From Patescibacteria group bacterium (GTDB lineage: Bacteria > Patescibacteriota > Saccharimonadia > UBA4664): a stretch of DNA of 64,000 bases. Location: NCBI GenBank assembly GCA_028288925.1, contig JAQGHG010000005.1, positions 15,991 to 79,990 of the forward strand, read 5' to 3'. Within the stretch, counting starts at the first letter, position 1. Each line of letters opens with the position of its first letter. The notes beneath the pieces are model-generated. The model did not search any database. It was not told where the DNA came from and saw only the letters and a program-made list of their open reading frames with translations. The position numbers were made by a program, and so were the translations under genes. Shown here one piece after another: positions 18,800-28,601 of the stretch.

Positions 18800-20301
18800 T
18801 ATTCGACGATTTCTCCACCTAATATTTCGAGAGCTGATGATACAAGTTCGGCGCTGGGGTCGGGTTTGGTGCTCTTGCGGCGGGCGCCGGATTTGCCGTC
18901 GTCTTCGGTGCGGGCGTGGACCCTGATGGCCCGGCCGTAGACTTTGGTGGCGGCCGCTTCGATGGATGTTCGGTTGGTACCTTTCAGAAAGAGGTCACGA
19001 TGAAAATTGAAGCGGGGTTTAATAGTAACCTCCCCATCGCCAAAGTCAACGGGATACATCTGGAGCAGAGCGCCGAGGGAGTTGTTGTTGGATTTAATGA
19101 GCACCAGAACTTTGGGCCATAATTCCGGCTGGAGGTTGCCGGCGGTGGCCGCTGGTGGCGCTGGAGTTTCGGCCGGGGCCGGTTGTTCCGGTGCTTTGAC
19201 GGCGGCGGGAGCCACCGACGCTATCCGGCGGGCGCCGGGCTTGGGTTCGGCTGGTTCGTGGGGCGCCGCGAGCCTGACCACGGTGGCTTCGAGGCTGAGC
19301 TGCGGCCAAGCCGACCGGGTGATCTCCAGCAGGGCTTCGACGATCTGGGCCACACGGGCCGGTGCCACGCTGCCGGCGAGCTCTTGGACTACCGGTTCGC
19401 TGGGTTCGGCAGTTTTGGCTCCGGCCAGCAGGATGGCACGCCACTGGGTGGCGAGCTGGGTGGCGACCTGGCCGGGCTGGGCGCCCTGGGCTTCGAGCCG
19501 GGCTAGCACGGTGAGCGCGGCCGGAGCGTCGCCACCGGCGATGGCGCGGCTGAGCGTGGCGATCTCTTCGGCATCGGAGTAGCCCAGGAGGCCGCGCACG
19601 GTTTCGGCGGTGATCGGCGAAACGCCGCTGGCGGCCAGCTGGTCGAGCAGGCTAATGGCGTCGCGAAAGCCGCCGCGCGAGGCTTCGGCGATGATCTCGA
19701 GCGCGGCCGGTTCGGTCTGGATATCTTCGGCTTTGGCAATACTGGTCAGGTGGCTCACGAGATCGCGCATGCCGATGGCTTTAAAGTTAAAGCGCTGGGT
19801 ACGCGAAATGATGGTCTCGGGAAGCTTGTGGGCTTCGGTGGTGGCCAAAATGAACACGGCGTGCGCCGGCGGTTCCTCCAGCGTCTTGAGGAGGGCGTTA
19901 AAGGCCTCGGTGGTGAGCATGTGGACTTCGTCGATGATGTAGATTTTGTACTTGCCCTGGCTGGGCGCGAGGCTGACCTTTTCGCGCAGATCGCGGACGG
20001 CGTCGATCGAGCGGTTGCTGGCGGCGTCGATTTCCACCACGTCGAGCGAGGAATTGATGGCGGCTAGACAGTTGGCACACATATTGCAGGGTTTTTGGTC
20101 CGCGCTGGTGCAATTGAGAGCTCTAGCTAGCAGCCGGGCCGTGCTTGTCTTCCCTGTTCCTCGCGGACCAGTAAAGAGATAGGCGTGCGAAAGCCGGCCA
20201 TTCGCGATAGCCGAGGTTAATGTCGTGACGACATGCTCTTGTCCAACTAATTCCGAAAAATTAGCACTGCGATATTTTCTGTAGAGCGCTTGACCCGACA
20301 T
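18799..20301 (-). CDS. dnaX: DNA polymerase III subunit gamma/tau
   Basis: ALYRKYR, GPRGTGKT, EIDAAS, IDEVHML, LKTLEEPP. Confidence 0.97.
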   Translation of the reverse strand: MSGQALYRKYRSANFSELVGQEHVVTTLTSAIANGRLSHAYLFTGPRGTGKTSTARLLARALNCTSADQKPCNMCANCLAAINSSLDVVEIDAASNRSIDAVRDLREKVSLAPSQGKYKIYIIDEVHMLTTEAFNALLKTLEEPPAHAVFILATTEAHKLPETIISRTQRFNFKAIGMRDLVSHLTSIAKAEDIQTEPAALEIIAEASRGGFRDAISLLDQLAASGVSPITAETVRGLLGYSDAEEIATLSRAIAGGDAPAALTVLARLEAQGAQPGQVATQLATQWRAILLAGAKTAEPSEPVVQELAGSVAPARVAQIVEALLEITRSAWPQLSLEATVVRLAAPHEPAEPKPGARRIASVAPAAVKAPEQPAPAETPAPPAATAGNLQPELWPKVLVLIKSNNNSLGALLQMYPVDFGDGEVTIKPRFNFHRDLFLKGTNRTSIEAAATKVYGRAIRVHARTEDDGKSGARRKSTKPDPSAELVSSALEILGGEIVE

Positions 20302-20366
20302 TCACCCACCTGTTACTTGATCTATTATATCTGAGTGGATGAAGTGCGGGTAGTGGATAAGGCGGG

Positions 20367-20900
20367 TTAGCTGGCGAGGAGTTCTTTGAGCTGGTCGATG
20401 GCCTGGCGGCGGTGGCTGATGGTGCTTTTGAGCTCGGGACCGAGCTCGCCGAAAGTCTGGTCGTAGCCTTCGGGCACAAAGATGGCGTCCCAGCCAAAGC
20501 CGTCGCCCCGAGGCGCGACGATGCGGCCTCTAATCTCGCCGGTCACGACGTGGTTTCGGCCCTTGGCGTCGCGGTAGCCGATGGTAGCGCGGGCGGTGGC
20601 GGACTGATCGGGGTATTTGGCGGCTAATTCGGCGATGCCGTCTAGCCCGAGGGCTTCCTGAAACCATTTGACGCAGGTGCCAGGCAGTCCGCCCAGGCAG
20701 TCGAGGGACAATGAAGTGTCTTCGACAATAAATTCACCATTGTGATACTGGGCGGCCTGGTTGAGCTTATGCTCGATAACGACGTGCGGATCGAGGCTTT
20801 GGATCTCGTCGAGATCGAGTTTGAGTTGTTCGATTTCGGGAATAAAACCTTGGACTTCGCGGAATTTGTTGGTGTTGCCGGTGACGAAGTAGAGTGGCAT
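20367..20900 (-). CDS. Non-canonical purine NTP pyrophosphatase (Ham1/ITPase family)
   Basis: VTGN.NK..E, EDT.L, LPG, FGWD.IF, SHR. Confidence 0.92.
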   Translation of the reverse strand: MPLYFVTGNTNKFREVQGFIPEIEQLKLDLDEIQSLDPHVVIEHKLNQAAQYHNGEFIVEDTSLSLDCLGGLPGTCVKWFQEALGLDGIAELAAKYPDQSATARATIGYRDAKGRNHVVTGEIRGRIVAPRGDGFGWDAIFVPEGYDQTFGELGPELKSTISHRRQAIDQLKELLAS

Positions 20901-21563
20901 TTAGACGTTTTCTCTTATAAGTAGCGGTGGGATCTCGCTAAGGCTGTCTATGAGATGGTTGGGCCGAGCTTGCTCGAGGTCTTTGCGCCGGCCAAATCCG
21001 TGGGTAATTCCAACGGTGAGGGCGAGATTGGCGGCTTGTCCGGCCTGGATGTCTACGACGGCATCGCCCAGCATGGCAGACGACTGTGGTTCGATCGAAA
21101 GTTGTTTGAGCGCTTTTTCTATACCCTCTGGGTGGGGTTTTCCCTGGGCGACTTCATCTCCGCGCACAATAACATCAAAATAATCTGCGATGCCGGTATT
21201 TTTTAATGACGGAATAAGTGACACGGTGCGACCGCTGACAATGCCGAGTTTAAATCCAGCTGATTTAAGTGCGCCTAGCATTTCATGTAAGCCTTCGTAC
21301 CCCTGGATGAGGTGAAGTATTTTCGGCCGGTAGCGATCGTCGGCGGCAATGAGAGCCTGGGGATCGCAGCCTGGCGCGAAAGCCTCGTAGCATTCGGCTT
21401 GGGACCGGCCGATGTAGCTGTCTATGAGCATGCGATCTATAGGCGGGTAGCCATGCTCCCGGAGGATATGTTCGTATCCTTGATACATAAATTCGTGAGT
21501 GTCGAGCAGCATACCGTCGACATCAAATATAGCGGCTTTTAGAAGGCTGGAGGCTTGTGCCAT
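20901..21563 (-). CDS. HAD-superfamily phosphatase
   Basis: FDVDGML.D, KPHP, GD...D; start set at the TAATG overlap. Confidence 0.9.
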   Translation of the reverse strand: MAQASSLLKAAIFDVDGMLLDTHEFMYQGYEHILREHGYPPIDRMLIDSYIGRSQAECYEAFAPGCDPQALIAADDRYRPKILHLIQGYEGLHEMLGALKSAGFKLGIVSGRTVSLIPSLKNTGIADYFDVIVRGDEVAQGKPHPEGIEKALKQLSIEPQSSAMLGDAVVDIQAGQAANLALTVGITHGFGRRKDLEQARPNHLIDSLSEIPPLLIRENV

Positions 21564-22084
21564 TAGCCGATAACGGCCTCGATAGCGGCCCACTCGGCTT
21601 CGCCCTCTTCGGGGATCACCATGGTGACCTGGTCGCCGGGCTGGGCCTTGAAGTACGTGACGCTGGCGAAGAGGACGTGATACTCTGTGCCGCGGGCTTC
21701 TACGAAGTAGGCGCCGTCTTTGAGATTGAGGGTGCCGATGAGCTTTTTGCGTTCGATGGGGCCGATTTGCTTGTAGATGAAGGTGCCGTCGTCGCCGATG
21801 ATGAGCTTGAGGAGGTCGCCCTGGACGAGTTTAGACTTGCTGGCGTAGTTGGCCGGCACGGGATACGATTTGCCGTCGGGGCCGATCATGTGCTGGCCGT
21901 CGAAGGCGCCTTCGATGACTTTGCCGGTCGACATCGTGGCCATTTTGGCTTCACTAGGCGTGACGGTGCCGTCGGAACCAATGAGGCTGGCGAGCAGCTC
22001 CTTAGCTCCAGACAGGTTTGTTTCGGCTGTCTCGATGAGTTTCTTGAGGGTCTTGAGTTGTTTCTCGGTAATATCTGCCACCAA
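21563..22084 (-). CDS. Conserved hypothetical protein typical of Patescibacteria
   Basis: VIEG.FDGQ.M...DGK.YPVPANYASKSKLV.GD.LKL motif, recalled from CPR genomes beside rplL. Confidence 0.75.
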   Translation of the reverse strand: MVADITEKQLKTLKKLIETAETNLSGAKELLASLIGSDGTVTPSEAKMATMSTGKVIEGAFDGQHMIGPDGKSYPVPANYASKSKLVQGDLLKLIIGDDGTFIYKQIGPIERKKLIGTLNLKDGAYFVEARGTEYHVLFASVTYFKAQPGDQVTMVIPEEGEAEWAAIEAVIG

Positions 22085-22212
22085 AATTCCTTTGGTATTG
22101 GTTTTCTGTTGGTCTATTCATACTACGGGACGCGATTAATGTCAAAACATTTCGGTATTTTGACGGTATCTCCAAGGTTTGGACGAGATGTAGTATAAAG
22201 CTTTACCGCAGC

Positions 22213-22243
22213 AAAAAAACAGGCCCGGTTGGGCCTGTTTTTT
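22213..22243. terminator. Intrinsic terminator after rplL (symmetrical)
   Basis: AAAAAACAGGCCC-GGTT-GGGCCTGTTTTTT. Confidence 0.88.
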
Positions 22244-22263
22244 GATCGGTCAGAGACGGAGAA

Positions 22264-22683
22264 CTACTGCATCTCGACGGTGGCGCCGGCAGCTTCGAGC
22301 TTGCTCTTGGCGTCGTCGGCGGTAGCTTTGTCGACGTTCTCTTTGACGGGCTTGGGGGCGCCGTCTACGAGGGCCTTGGACTCAGCCAGGCCGAGGCCGG
22401 TGATTTCACGAACGGCCTTGATGACGTTGATCTTCTGGTCGCCGGCAGCAGCCAGGACGACGGTGAAGGACGACTTCTCTTCGACAGCCTCAGCGGCTTC
22501 GCCGGCGGGGGCGGCAGCTGCGGCAGCGGGGGCGGCAGCGGACACGCCGTAGTGCTTCTCGAGAATCTTGACGAGCTCGGACAGCTCGAGGACGCTCAGC
22601 TTGTCGATGGTTTCGACCAGCTCTTTAAATTTCTTGGGAATTACTACTTCTTCGGTAGCTTCTACCTTCTCTTCTTCAGCCAT
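22264..22683 (-). CDS. rplL: 50S ribosomal protein L7/L12
   Basis: [26 protein letters not shown]. Confidence 0.98.
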   Translation of the reverse strand: MAEEEKVEATEEVVIPKKFKELVETIDKLSVLELSELVKILEKHYGVSAAAPAAAAAAPAGEAAEAVEEKSSFTVVLAAAGDQKINVIKAVREITGLGLAESKALVDGAPKPVKENVDKATADDAKSKLEAAGATVEMQ

Positions 22684-22696
22684 TTGGGGCTCCTTG

Positions 22697-23227
22697 TTAC
22701 GCTTTTGCTTCGCTCAGCGCGTTTAATACATTGATGATCGAACGGACGTTGCCGCTCATGACTCCGACGAATCCAGACAGAGGCGCGGCGATGGTACCGA
22801 CCACCTGAGCAATAAGCTGCTCGCGGGTGGGGAGGGTGGCCAACGCTTTGACCTGAGCTGCATCGAGGACCACGCCTTCGCCGGTGATGGCGCCCACAAT
22901 TTCCAGAGCCTGGTGCTGCTTGGCGTACTGGAAGATAACGCGGGCCGGAGCCACTTCGTCATCGAATCCCAGCGCCAGAGCCATCGGGCCTGTAAAACTG
23001 GTGGGGTCGACATCGGCCAGCGCGGGGTTGTTTTTGGCGGCTAGGCGCAGCAGCGTGTTTTTGGTCACCCGGTAGGTGATACCTTCATCGCGCAGCAAGC
23101 CTCGCAGCTCTTCAACCTCGGGCACGGTCAGCCCTCGATAGTCGGTCATGACGGCCAGTTTGATGCGGCCTAGATCATCCGATAGCTTGGCTACCGCTTG
23201 CTCTTTTGCCTCACGAGAAATGGCCAT
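22697..23227 (-). CDS. rplJ: 50S ribosomal protein L10
   Basis: [19 protein letters not shown]; start MAISRE after AAAGGG. Confidence 0.97.
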   Translation of the reverse strand: MAISREAKEQAVAKLSDDLGRIKLAVMTDYRGLTVPEVEELRGLLRDEGITYRVTKNTLLRLAAKNNPALADVDPTSFTGPMALALGFDDEVAPARVIFQYAKQHQALEIVGAITGEGVVLDAAQVKALATLPTREQLIAQVVGTIAAPLSGFVGVMSGNVRSIINVLNALSEAKA

Positions 23228-23244
23228 GTCATTCCCTTTCTCAT

Positions 23245-23362
23245 TAAAAAATCTCTCGGTGCTTCGCCAAGAGACAGTTCCAAGTGTTCCGGATATTCTA
23301 AAATCTGGATCGCCTCGGTAGCGCATTAAGCTCTTTGCGGAGCAGCTACTGTCTTTGGAGAA
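23245..23362 (-). promoter_or_regulatory. L10 leader (ribosomal protein autoregulatory RNA)
   Basis: Minus strand AAAGACAGUAGC...UUAAUGCGCUACCGAGG matches the L10-leader core, directly upstream of rplJ; ends approximate. Confidence 0.8.
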
Positions 23363-23394
23363 CTTAGTTATTTTAGCTTAATGGGCTGTGGGCG

Positions 23395-23655
23395 TCAAGG
23401 TTTTGTATGCGCTATCGGATTGAGTGCGTGGGTTTGGGCTGCTTGCTCTAGGTCTCCAAATTTCTCGGCAAGCTCTTTGAAGCGTTTTCTTAACTGCTTG
23501 TCGCGTAGCTCGCCGCGATCACTGATGGCTACGAGGTCTTCGTTGATCATGCGCATGAGGCGATAGTTGTTTTCCGTAACAATCGCCGTGGTTATTTCTA
23601 TTATGTCGGCTCGTATGTCGGCTCGTAGTTCTTCATGGGTGTGATCAACTGTCAT
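23395..23655 (-). CDS. Small hypothetical helical protein
   Basis: 86-aa ORF with AGGAG SD; fills intergenic space. Confidence 0.55.
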   Translation of the reverse strand: MTVDHTHEELRADIRADIIEITTAIVTENNYRLMRMINEDLVAISDRGELRDKQLRKRFKELAEKFGDLEQAAQTHALNPIAHTKP

Positions 23656-23743
23656 GGCGTCTCCTGAGTATTATTATATCGCGATCGCACATCGAATATA
23701 CCGAACGCTTGCCGAACATGCAACGGTTTGGTATGATCAGCCT

Positions 23744-24343
23744 ATGAATAAGCCTTCTACATCTGAGATTGTGGCTGTGGCTAGCGAGCTTCTCGTTCCG
23801 ATGTCGGCGGTGGAGCGGACGATTCGGTATCCGGTTTTGGGCCGGTGGGAGAACGACGCGGATCATAGCTATCTGCTAGCGACACTGGGCTGCGCTTTGG
23901 CCTGTCAGATTGATCAGAAGCTTGATCTTGGCAAGATTAGCCAATACGCGCTGGTTCACGATTTAGTGGAGGTGCATGCCGGCGATACTACGATTTGGGC
24001 GGAGGAAGAGTGGCGCGAGAGCAAGACTCGGAGAGAGGCTGACGCATTACAGCACATCGAGAAGAGGTTTGGTACTTCTTTCCCGTGGATTGCTAAAACA
24101 ATCCATGTGTATGAGCGGCTTGATGAACCGGAAAGCTGCTTTGTCTACGCCCTTGATAAGCTCTTGCCCTATATTGTTATGGATGTAGTCGACCACCAGC
24201 CGTTTCCGCCTACCCGGGACGTTTATGAAGAAAAAATGGCGACGGCCCGCCAAAAGATTTCTCGCTATCCGAAGCTTTTGGCTTACTTCGAAGATTTGTA
24301 TGCTCAGCATAAGGACAAACCGCATTTCTTTGCGTCGGATTAG
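23744..24343 (+). CDS. HD-domain phosphohydrolase (YfbR/HDDC2 5'-deoxynucleotidase-like)
   Basis: R...END.DHS, VHDL.E..AGD, LDKL; start reset behind TGgTATGAT. Confidence 0.85.
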   Translation: MNKPSTSEIVAVASELLVPMSAVERTIRYPVLGRWENDADHSYLLATLGCALACQIDQKLDLGKISQYALVHDLVEVHAGDTTIWAEEEWRESKTRREADALQHIEKRFGTSFPWIAKTIHVYERLDEPESCFVYALDKLLPYIVMDVVDHQPFPPTRDVYEEKMATARQKISRYPKLLAYFEDLYAQHKDKPHFFASD

Positions 24344-24421
24344 CTAGCTAGTCTTAATGCTTTTACCTGAACCGGGTGGTGAGCAGGCCATCGCGATCTT
24401 GTTGAGCGGCAGCGACCGACC

Positions 24422-24456
24422 AAGGACCCTGGAAGCAATACTCCAGGGTCCTTTTT
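24422..24456 (+). terminator. Intrinsic terminator between the convergent HD gene and glyA
   Basis: GGACCCTGGA-loop-TCCAGGGTCC-TTTTT. Confidence 0.85.
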
Positions 24457-24461
24457 CCGAT

Positions 24462-25745
24462 TTAGGCGGCTGGGCTTTCGGTGTAGTACCAGTTGAGCTG
24501 CTTTGCTAGGGCTGTGGAACGCTCTTTCGCGGCGTCTTCGGTGGTACGGCTGTGGGCTAAGTCGCCGATGAGGCGGCCGAGTTCCTTGGCTTGCGGTACG
24601 GTCAGGCCGCGGCTGGCGAGGGCGGCGGTACCGAGACGGATTCCGCTGGGCCGCCAGGCGGACTTGGTGTCGAAGGGTATCATGTTGCGATTAGTAATGA
24701 TACCGGCGCGCTCCAATAGGCGCTGGAATTCGAGGCTGTCGGTTTGCTCGGGGAGTTTGAGGAGGCAGAGGTGGTTCTGGGTGGGGCTGACAACGGTGAG
24801 TCCGGCTTCGGCCGCGCCCTGCTCCAACGCCTGGCAGGTGTCTAGGACGGCTTGGGAGTATTCGCGGAAGGTGCGCCCGTCTGGATACTGGTCTTCGCCG
24901 AGGATTTCGAGCAGGGCCTGGCCGGTAGCGGCAATCTGGTGTAGGTGTGGGCCGCCCGAAGTGCCGGGGAAGATGGTTTTGTTGATGGTGGGCATGTGCT
25001 GGGTCTTGGCGAAGAGCATGGCGCTGCGTGGTCCGCGGAAGGTCTTGTGCGTGGTCATGGAGACGAAGTCGGCGCCGGCGTCTCCCGCCTGGAACGGCGT
25101 GTCGTGCAGACCGGCCGCGACCAAGCCGTTGATGTGGGCGATGTCGGCTAGTACCAGGGCGCCGGCTTCGTGGGCCCACTTGGCCATTTGGGCAAATTCG
25201 TATTTACGCGGATAGGCCGAGAAACCCAAGATTACCAGTTTTGGCTTGTGCTCGCGTAATTTGGCGCGGTAATCATCTTGGTCGATCTCGAAGGTTCCGG
25301 GCGCGGTTTCGGTGACATCGTAGTTTACGAGCTTGAAAAATTTGAGAAAGTTGGAGGTGGCGTGCATGTGGGAGAGGTGTCCACCATTGGCCAGATTGAG
25401 GCTCATGATGGTGTCGCCGGCCTCGAGCATGGCCAGGAAGACCATGGCGTTGGCGGGTGAGCCGGACAGCACCTGGACGTTGACGCCGTATTCGCCGGTT
25501 TTATCGAAGACCTCAAGCGCCTTTTGTTGGACGTAGGTTTCCATCTCGTCGGCGTGAATGTTTCCGGCGTAATAGCGCTTGCCGGGGGTGCCTTCGGCGT
25601 ATTTGTTCATCCAGACGCTGCCGAGGAGTTGGAGTACCTTGGGTGAGGGATAGTTTTCGGAGGCTATGAGGTTGAGCGTATCGCGTTGTTTGGCGAATTC
25701 TTGGGCGGTGAGCTGAAAAAGCTTGTTCTGGTTGGTTTGAACCAT
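24462..25745 (-). CDS. glyA: Serine hydroxymethyltransferase
   Basis: LIASEN, NKYAEG.PGKRYY, GGHLSH, TTHKTFRGPR, SGIRLGT. Confidence 0.97.
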   Translation of the reverse strand: MVQTNQNKLFQLTAQEFAKQRDTLNLIASENYPSPKVLQLLGSVWMNKYAEGTPGKRYYAGNIHADEMETYVQQKALEVFDKTGEYGVNVQVLSGSPANAMVFLAMLEAGDTIMSLNLANGGHLSHMHATSNFLKFFKLVNYDVTETAPGTFEIDQDDYRAKLREHKPKLVILGFSAYPRKYEFAQMAKWAHEAGALVLADIAHINGLVAAGLHDTPFQAGDAGADFVSMTTHKTFRGPRSAMLFAKTQHMPTINKTIFPGTSGGPHLHQIAATGQALLEILGEDQYPDGRTFREYSQAVLDTCQALEQGAAEAGLTVVSPTQNHLCLLKLPEQTDSLEFQRLLERAGIITNRNMIPFDTKSAWRPSGIRLGTAALASRGLTVPQAKELGRLIGDLAHSRTTEDAAKERSTALAKQLNWYYTESPAA

Positions 25746-25811
25746 TATGGAATCTCCTTAGTCGCGGTCAGTAATGATCGCGGTTAGCGGCCGGTCATAC
25801 GTTGCTGCTTT

Positions 25812-25826
25812 TTAAGGGTGTTTCAT
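25812..25826 (-). other. Micro-uORF MKHP* upstream of glyA
   Basis: ATG AAA CAC CCT TAA, 66 nt before the glyA ATG, downstream of a TATACT box. Confidence 0.7.
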
Positions 25827-25886
25827 GGCGTAAAAATTGAGCTTAATCAGTATAGGGTTTAAGTGTACCAGATTGTTAGTGAGGTC

Positions 25887-26438
25887 CTAATTGGCGGGGC
25901 TTTGCATGAGCCGGAATAGTTCATCACGCGCTGCGGGTTTGACTTTGTACTCACCTATTAAGCATGATGTCGTGGTTTGAACGCCGGATTTCTGGATACC
26001 TCTCATCTCCATGCAGAGGTGCCGGGCTGTCAGCTCTACTGCTACGCCTTTTGGGCTGAGCTCATTCTCGAGGAAGCGTGCAGTTTGGGTTGTGATCCTC
26101 TCCTGGTTTTGAAGTCTGCGGCTAAAGTGGTCGAGCGTGCGGGCGAGTTTTGAGAGCCCGACAATCTTGGTTGACGGGATGTAGGCTATGGTTCCATGTC
26201 CGAAGAATGGGACCAGATGGTGCTCGCAGATGCTATAGAAAGGTATGCCGGCCTGAACGATCATTTCGTCGTACCCGTCGCTCTCGAATGTGGTCATCGT
26301 GAAAGGCTTGGGTTGCATAAACTCGGTGAGGAATTTTTCGTGGCGTCTGGGTGTGTTTCGGAGCCCTTCGCGGCTAGGCTCACTATCAATATGGCCAATG
26401 AGATGCCGGATGGCTTCCTCGGTAGTAATGGTAGTCAT
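25887..26438 (-). CDS. folE: GTP cyclohydrolase I
   Basis: REGL..TP.R, CEHHLVPF, GLSKLAR, RLQ.QERIT, HLCM.MRG. Confidence 0.97.
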   Translation of the reverse strand: MTTITTEEAIRHLIGHIDSEPSREGLRNTPRRHEKFLTEFMQPKPFTMTTFESDGYDEMIVQAGIPFYSICEHHLVPFFGHGTIAYIPSTKIVGLSKLARTLDHFSRRLQNQERITTQTARFLENELSPKGVAVELTARHLCMEMRGIQKSGVQTTTSCLIGEYKVKPAARDELFRLMQSPAN

Positions 26439-26490
26439 AAAACTATCCTTGCTTGATTAAGCGGTATGGGTGACTTGAGTTGAGAGAGGT

Positions 26491-26505
26491 TTATGGGTGC
26501 TTCAT
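26491..26505 (-). other. Micro-uORF MKHP* between folC and folE
   Basis: ATG AAG CAC CCA TAA, 6 nt after the folC stop, 52 nt before the folE ATG. Confidence 0.7.
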
Positions 26506-26511
26506 GGCTGG

Positions 26512-27771
26512 TTACTTACGGATAACTTCGTTAAGCATGGGTCGGATTTGGCGTATTAGGTAAATAGACCCGGTGATGAGCAGAGTTTTTTGGGGTTGGG
26601 CGAGGAAGCTTCGCAGCGCTTGGCTGGTTGTTGAGAATTCCCGTGTATAGGTAACTCCGGCTTGCTTGGCGGCTTCAGCGATAACATGCGCCGGTAATGA
26701 TTCTTTGTACTGATCCTGCTGGTCTGAAAATTCCGTGATGAACAATTTGGAGCATATCGGTGCCAGGGCGGCGATTCGTTGAGCGAGGACATACTCTGGG
26801 ACACTCACGAAGCCCATAAGGGTGGGCAGCGGCGCGAGGCCTTGATTGGCCAGTTCGACGCCCAAGGCCGCTAGCTTTTGAGGATTGTGAGCCCCATCGA
26901 GGATGACTGTTTTGTCGCCGATATGATATCTCTCGAAGCGGCCGGGGGGTACCTGCGAGCTTACTTCCTGGATGTCGGCGGCGGTCGTAGCGGGAAGATT
27001 ATCCCGGCCGGCTAGATGGTGGTAAGCCGTGAGTGCCAGAGCCAGATTGCGTTGCTGAAACGATACGAGGCCAGGCAGGGGCGCGGCCCGTGTGGCGTAT
27101 TCTATGGTAGCCCCTTGCTCTTTCGCGCGTTGGCTGAACATACGGGCTACTCGCGGCGGTTGAGGTGAAGTAACAAGGTGATTGCCGGCCTGGATGATGC
27201 CGGCTTTTTGAGCGGCGATTTCTTCGATTGAGGTCCCCAAGATCTCGGTGTGCTCAAGGCCGATGTCGCAGATGACACAGAGTTTGTCCTCGCGGTTCAC
27301 GACATTTGAACCGTCGAGGAGTCCACCTAGGCCGGTTTCAATAATCGCGTAATCGACGCCTTCCTTGGCGAAGAACCAGTACGCGAACGCCATGAGCAGT
27401 TCGTAGTAGGTCGGTGCGATCTTCGTCGCCGCTACCTGGTGCATAAACAGGTCGAGCTCTTCGGCGAACCGGGCGTCGCTGAGCGGCACGCCATCGAGCT
27501 GGATTCGCTCGTTGATGGCGACGATGTGAGGCGAGATGGTCAAGCCGGTTCGTTTGCCGGCTTTCTGGAGGAGGCCTCTTATGAAGTACGCCGTGGAGGT
27601 CTTTCCGGAAGTTCCCGCTATATGTATGACCTTGAGCTGATTTTGTGGATTACCCAGCAACCCTAACAGTGTGCGCATGCGGTCGAGCGTGTAGTTTTCC
27701 TTCAGGCTAGTCTTCGGCACGAAGGAGCGTAAGGTCGCGTTGATGTCATAGTGAGTAGGTATATTTGTCAT
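26512..27771 (-). CDS. folC: Dihydrofolate synthase/folylpolyglutamate synthase
   Basis: HIAGTSGKTS, SPH..ERI, ETGLGG.LD..N, DGAHNP, GS.YL. Confidence 0.93.
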   Translation of the reverse strand: MTNIPTHYDINATLRSFVPKTSLKENYTLDRMRTLLGLLGNPQNQLKVIHIAGTSGKTSTAYFIRGLLQKAGKRTGLTISPHIVAINERIQLDGVPLSDARFAEELDLFMHQVAATKIAPTYYELLMAFAYWFFAKEGVDYAIIETGLGGLLDGSNVVNREDKLCVICDIGLEHTEILGTSIEEIAAQKAGIIQAGNHLVTSPQPPRVARMFSQRAKEQGATIEYATRAAPLPGLVSFQQRNLALALTAYHHLAGRDNLPATTAADIQEVSSQVPPGRFERYHIGDKTVILDGAHNPQKLAALGVELANQGLAPLPTLMGFVSVPEYVLAQRIAALAPICSKLFITEFSDQQDQYKESLPAHVIAEAAKQAGVTYTREFSTTSQALRSFLAQPQKTLLITGSIYLIRQIRPMLNEVIRK

Positions 27772-28598
27772 GACAGCGGCTCTTTATCGGTGGATTGAAG
27801 CGCCTCAACAATGGCGCGGGTCTGGACCGCGGCCTTCACGTCGTGGGCACGGATGATCCCGGCCCCGTGTAGCATGGCGTAAGATTGGACGACGGCCGTG
27901 GCGACGCGGCGTTCTTCGAGCGGCGCGGCGACTCCATTTGTAGCTAGGGCCTTGCCCAGAAAACTTTTCTGCGACGCGCCGTAGAGGACTTTGTAGCCAA
28001 GTTTGGCGAAGGTTCTCATTTCGCGGGTGAGCTCGAAGCTTTGAGCGGCGGTCTTGGCGAACCCGATCCCTGGGTCGATGATGATGTTGCCGGGAGACAC
28101 CCCTAGAGTCTCCAAGTCTTGGGCACGGTTAAGCAGAAAGTTTTTTACCTCACCGACAACCCCGCCGGGATAGTGAGTCAGTCGCGACATGGTCGTGGGG
28201 GTTCCTCTGGAATGCATGATTACGACCCGGACACCGCTGTGGGCGACGAGCTGACGCATCATCAAGTCTTCGCAGCCATGAACGTCGTTGATGAGGCTGG
28301 CTCCAGCCTTGAGGGCGGCCGCCGCTACCAGAGGCTTAAATGTATCAATCGATATCGGAATATTGGTGAGGTCGCGGGCCAACATTATGGCCGGAATCAC
28401 CCGGCTCTGTTCGTCCGCGGCGCTAATGACCTCTGCTCCAGGACGGGTACTCTGGCCGCCGATGTCCAGTATATCGGCCCCCTCGGCGATGGCGGCCTCA
28501 ACTCGCTGACGCAGCGCTGTTTCGTTGCCGATGTTGACGCCGTCTTTGTTGAATGAATCTGGCGAAGTATTGATGATCGCCATAATTTGAATTGACAT
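27768..28598 (-). CDS. folP: Dihydropteroate synthase
   Basis: N.SPDSF, DIGGQSTRPG, SIDT, INDV, DPGIGF, SQKSF, RAHDV. Confidence 0.95.
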   Translation of the reverse strand: MSIQIMAIINTSPDSFNKDGVNIGNETALRQRVEAAIAEGADILDIGGQSTRPGAEVISAADEQSRVIPAIMLARDLTNIPISIDTFKPLVAAAALKAGASLINDVHGCEDLMMRQLVAHSGVRVVIMHSRGTPTTMSRLTHYPGGVVGEVKNFLLNRAQDLETLGVSPGNIIIDPGIGFAKTAAQSFELTREMRTFAKLGYKVLYGASQKSFLGKALATNGVAAPLEERRVATAVVQSYAMLHGAGIIRAHDVKAAVQTRAIVEALQSTDKEPLS

Positions 28599-28601
28599 GG
28601 T

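Noticed and set aside
18799-20301. Programmed frameshift in dnaX
   Set aside because: No A AAA AAG or long A-run slippery site was noticed
25745-25826. Stop-codon readthrough fusing MKHP to GlyA (same frame)
   Set aside because: A second in-frame TAA lies in the spacer, and the folE uORF is out of frame with folE
25746-25860. ZTP (pfl) or THF riboswitch upstream of glyA, folE or folA
   Set aside because: The GACUGGCG/GCCUGGG pseudoknot elements and the THF junction features were not found, and the leaders are short
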